From Octopus sinensis (taxonomy: Eukaryota): DNA of 64,000 bases. The DNA lies in the NCBI RefSeq assembly GCF_006345805.1, contig NC_043002.1:66278001-66342000 (forward strand). Direction: 5' to 3'. Below the pieces are notes generated by a model. It did not search any database, had not been told where the DNA came from, and saw nothing but the letters and a program-made list of their open reading frames with translations. The first letter of the stretch is position 1. The number at the start of each line of letters is the position of its first letter. Below, piece after piece: positions 59,801-64,000 of this stretch. A program made the position numbers and the translations under genes.

Positions 59801-62800
59801 ATCTATCAAGTGTCTGATTACATCATTAAAATGCAATCATTCACTCCCAGTAGAAAAATGGTAACACGCCACCGGATCATCCTCGGTGGTGTATTTGTCG
59901 CAGCAGAACAGCAGATGATAGCAAAGATTATTACTACGTGGATGTAGAGAGTGGGGAGCAATGCATTCAGATACAATTTACAATGCTTAGAAACTAAGAA
60001 ATAACTAAATAAATAAATAAAATAAAATAATAATAATAAGGAAAAAAAACTAAAAAGTTAAGCTAAGGGCTACTGAAAACACAGCTGTCAACTACACCTA
60101 TTGTAAAAATAACAAAGTTTTAGCTAACAACCCAAACCAAGCAAAAGATGACAAGAAGAATAGTGAGAGAAGGGATTAAGTATGTGTTAAATGAAAATCA
60201 GCTGGATACTTGTGGGGATTTTTGTTTTGTTCCTCTTCCTCTCTTTAATCCTAGACTGTTTGGTTGCTATAATCCTTGCAGAGAGTATTAAAATTCTAAA
60301 GTGTAAATGTCACATTGGTTGGTGAGGTTAAACTATAAATGATCTTATGTTGCAGGGAGACAGAACAGGTATAAGTTGTTTTGACACAGGTAGGTTGTTA
60401 CTGGGCATAAGTATTTAGAAGACCCCCCACCACCTCCAGTCCTTTCCAAGTAATAAGACATGTAGGAGGAGACTATTAATATGAAGTAGCAATTAACTGC
60501 ACTAAATGCTGACTAATTTTCATTAAAAAAAGAAGAAAAAAATCTTATGCCATATATCAGTCATGGGCAACCAGAAACCCATGGGACCTCCTGAATGACA
60601 CAACTAACAAGAGATCAAGCCACGTTTCATGTGGCTCAATTCTCATGAAAAGTTGCCCATGCTTGTATAGGGCAACGCTTCTGTTATAAGTCAAAGATGA
60701 AATTCTTATTTGTTCTGCAGGTACCAAACATCATTAAAGAGGAAATACAGTATATTGATTGGAAGAGGAGAAGGCAATTGTAAACAGGTCTAGAGACAGG
60801 AAATAAAATGAATGTAATTTTTTTTTTTTTTGCAAAGGGATAAATCAAAATTATAATGGAAATATTTGGGTCCTAAATGAGCAATTATTTGTTTCTCCCA
60901 TATACTCCAAAATAAAACCAATCTAATAGTAATAACACTAAATTAAGCTAAATATTTAACAACTTAATTCTGACATGTATGGCTTGTAAACGTACATAAA
61001 CTTGATATTTTTAACAAAAGTTAGAAAATTCAAGCAACAACAAAAACAGCAACAGCAATAAGTGTTCAATAAATATACAAGTGAATTATGTAAAGTCATG
61101 TAAGGCCACCAGCAAGAAAGATTTTTCACGGAAGCTAGTTATATGACATGCAGTAATAGTGGATGTATTTTGTTGTGAAGAGTTTGTTACCTTCCATTAA
61201 CAGGTCACAGCATACACACTTAAGAATTATACACCTTGTTAAGGTACATTATTACCTTTAAGGCAGCATTCTTGATAACTAAGTCTGATGTCCTATGAAC
61301 AAAACTTCAATTTGATTAGTTAAACTTGTGACAACTTTATTACTGTTATTTTATTCTGAAGAAATCCAATTATTCTAGAGATTCTCTGAAGATGTGAATT
61401 TTACAGTAGTGATTCTTGAAAGTGTACATCGTCCAGGATGATGACTATAAGACTAGAACTAAAACCTAAAGTAAGATAAATAATACAGTATTCTGTATAC
61501 TAACACCCTCCACCCACATTCAGTTGGAGATCAAGATGTAATAGATATCTATGTAGTATGTTGTGCACATCAGACATGAAAATTAACTGAAGTACTGTGT
61601 CGTATTTTCATGTGGCACTTTTTACTTTCCATCAAATAAAAAATTTGATTCCAGTTTCCCGAACTGAGGTACTGAAGACTTCTGCTAAATGACGTTAAAT
61701 TAAGTGAAAAGAAACTGAGAGCACTTCAAGCCTAAACACTATGTTGAAAATTTACCAAACAGTGAAATAGCGACTAAATACCATGTCTAAGACTTCTGTC
61801 AAATGATTATAAAACTGAAGTATAAGTCTCCAATTGACCCATGCTAACATGGAAAGACAGAAGTAAAACAGATAAAGTCTTTACAGAATAAGAAATCATA
61901 GTTAATTAATCTTGGGAAAACGATGCTCGAACAAAAGAAGTAGGTCAATGGTGTACCACAGTGTACCAGTAGTGTACTACATTAAAGATAGTCATAGATG
62001 ATACTAATGAATAAATTTGCCCATATATCAGTAAAGCTACTTTAGAATGTAGCTAACATTATAGCAGCAGTCACATACGTTAATTATAACGAACTAGTTT
62101 TCCCGTATTCTTCAACAGTATGTTGAAGATTAAAATTCGACTGCAAAGACTAAGTAAATGTCGTTTTAGCAATTAATATTTTGTTGACTAATGTGACATA
62201 GAACATGTTAGTTAGCATTTCCCTACTCAAGGCCAAGAGAAATGATGGAAAGAACATTTTAAGAAGGCCTATTTGGCTGATAATAAAATATATTTCCATT
62301 GAGAAGAGATTTCAAATATATTCAGCAGCAATGTGAGAGATTTGTAAGCTGACTTTTAAACACAGTATGACAACTGGAGGCAAAAGTATGATGAATTTAC
62401 TGTCTGCTTTAAAACAGAAAAGACAAGACTGAAGATTATTTCAGGTAAGCTGCTTCAGCTGTTCTTATGTTATAAAGAACACGGTTTTTATAAACTGACG
62501 TCAAAATACACTTGTAACTATCTGAAGAAATAGTGTGTATGTGTATAGCACTGTTATTCTGTATATCGTTGATGGGAAATTTGGATGTTAGGCCACTGCA
62601 GGACATCTGTCACTGAAGAACCCACGGCAGGGTGAAATCCCATGATCGGAGCCACAGCAGACGGCTCTCTTCTGTCAATGATACAATTATAAGTGCTTTA
62701 ATGCACAACTAGTTCTTAGAGATTCTATCCAGGTAAATAGCACAGTATTCTGTATACTAACACCCCACCATTCAGTTGGAGATTAAGATTACCTTTTAGC

Positions 62801-63913
62801 ATTAATACCATTTCTGTTGCTATATATATATATTATGTAAGAATAAATAAAAGCATGTAAATATTGGTCTAAAAAATAAAAAACCCTCAGATGGCAAAGT
62901 CAAAAACTGCCTGTGGGATTCAGACTCCTCTTTTTAACCCAGTGATCTACATGCTTTTATTTATAGCTTTATCTACTTCAGATTCTACCATTAAAAGCAA
63001 TTTATTTCATGTCTCTGTAGTTTCTAAAGTCTTCTGACATTGGCTTCTTCAAAGCATACTAAAAGCTAAACTGCTATTAAAACAAAACTGGAGGATAGGC
63101 TTAGTAGATTATATTTTTTAAAACTGCAAATAAAGTCCAGAGTAGAATGAATAACTTAGAAAGTGTAAGAGCAGTTACACCAATTACATAGGAACAATAA
63201 ATGATGATTTCAATTAGGTAATAAAAACTCTAGTCTTTATCACCTAATCTTTAAGATGCTAGGCCTTGAACTTACTATGTTAGCCTCAGTTTATGACTTC
63301 TATAAACCATATTGCTAACAAAAGTATACTATTGATACATTTCTTAAAGAATAGTGTACTCTGGACAACAATGTCCAATGTGTTCTTTATAAGATGGTAG
63401 AAGTTAGGCTGCTATTTCTAGCAAGTAAAACAGCCATATCAAGGCTCTCTCAGTGGCCTAGGAACACAAAGAGCTTTTACATGAAAATCAAACTATGAGG
63501 AAAATGCTTGATTCCTGAAATCTTTTGTTAACATTCTTGTAATAACCAGATTTCAGCTGAAATTTTAATAAAATTATAATACAGGTTGCCTTGAGCAGAT
63601 TATTACTGAAAGCAGTGTTGGCAAGACAGCCCCAAAGTCATTGCTCAGCCTTTAATTATTATCATTATTATAATAATAACTGAATTTCGTTTGACTAGCT
63701 TATTGTAAAATAGGACACACACTTTAATTGCTGCAGATATTTTTGCATCACTTCTTTTTTATAAAAAGAAACAGCAACTGATATTAAGGAAAGAAAAACA
63801 GCCCTATACTACACGTAACCTGATATAGTTTCTATAGTAAACTAAAAAAATAAAAATGATAGAAAAGAAAACAATTTTGGTTGTCGCTAACTGCTACTCT
63901 ACACTACACTCAC

Positions 63914-63992
63914 CTTGGACAGTTTGTGGTAATCAATTAAATCTGGCCGGTGCCGATGAATCAGTGCACAGAAGGCCAAACCATCTTTAAAG
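63914..63992 (-). CDS. Actn: alpha-actinin exon (CH2; equivalent to vertebrate exon 6); upstream exons lie outside the window
   Basis: (S)[26 protein letters not shown]; ctacag/gtgagt; 79 nt, phase 2/0. Confidence 0.98.
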
Positions 63993-64000
63993 CTGTAGAA

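Noticed and set aside
60721-62446. Plus-strand splice-like signals (acceptor 60720, 27-nt exon ~62420-62446) suggesting a nested antisense gene
   Set aside because: No coherent multi-exon reading frame or homology.

Overview
AT-rich, repeat-dense animal genomic DNA. The SINE families resemble those I recall from octopus (coleoid cephalopod) genomes; this is an inference, not a database result. The one host gene I can support is alpha-actinin on the minus strand. Nineteen coding exons (63992 down to the stop at 26564) splice with GT-AG borders in consistent phases into about 718 aa covering CH2, four spectrin repeats and the EF-hand domain. The N-terminal exons lie beyond the window end, and a probable long 3' UTR runs to about 22.6 kb. 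Positions 1-22.5 kb are a transposon graveyard: a 3'-truncated Tx1/L1-clade LINE, a Penelope-like GIY-YIG fragment, Helitron/Helentron-like elements and arrays of tRNA-derived SINEs. The introns hold a deleted mariner, hAT, Tigger-like and piggyBac-like MITEs, SINEs and a 1.2 kb microsatellite. The most unusual observations are: (1) the 44-nt ORF1-ORF2 spacer of the LINE looks like a spliceosomal intron whose removal would delete the ORF1 stop and fuse ORF1 in frame to ORF2; (2) a 157-nt intronic fold-back with A-C mismatches on the host-sense strand; (3) hammerhead-like motifs; (4) a spacerless palindrome with an internal duplication; (5) degenerate EF-hand loops in a fixed exon layout. Nearly all ORF-track entries outside the actinin exons and the two retroelements are microsatellite, SINE or antisense artefacts. 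Repeat boundaries are approximate unless termini are quoted.
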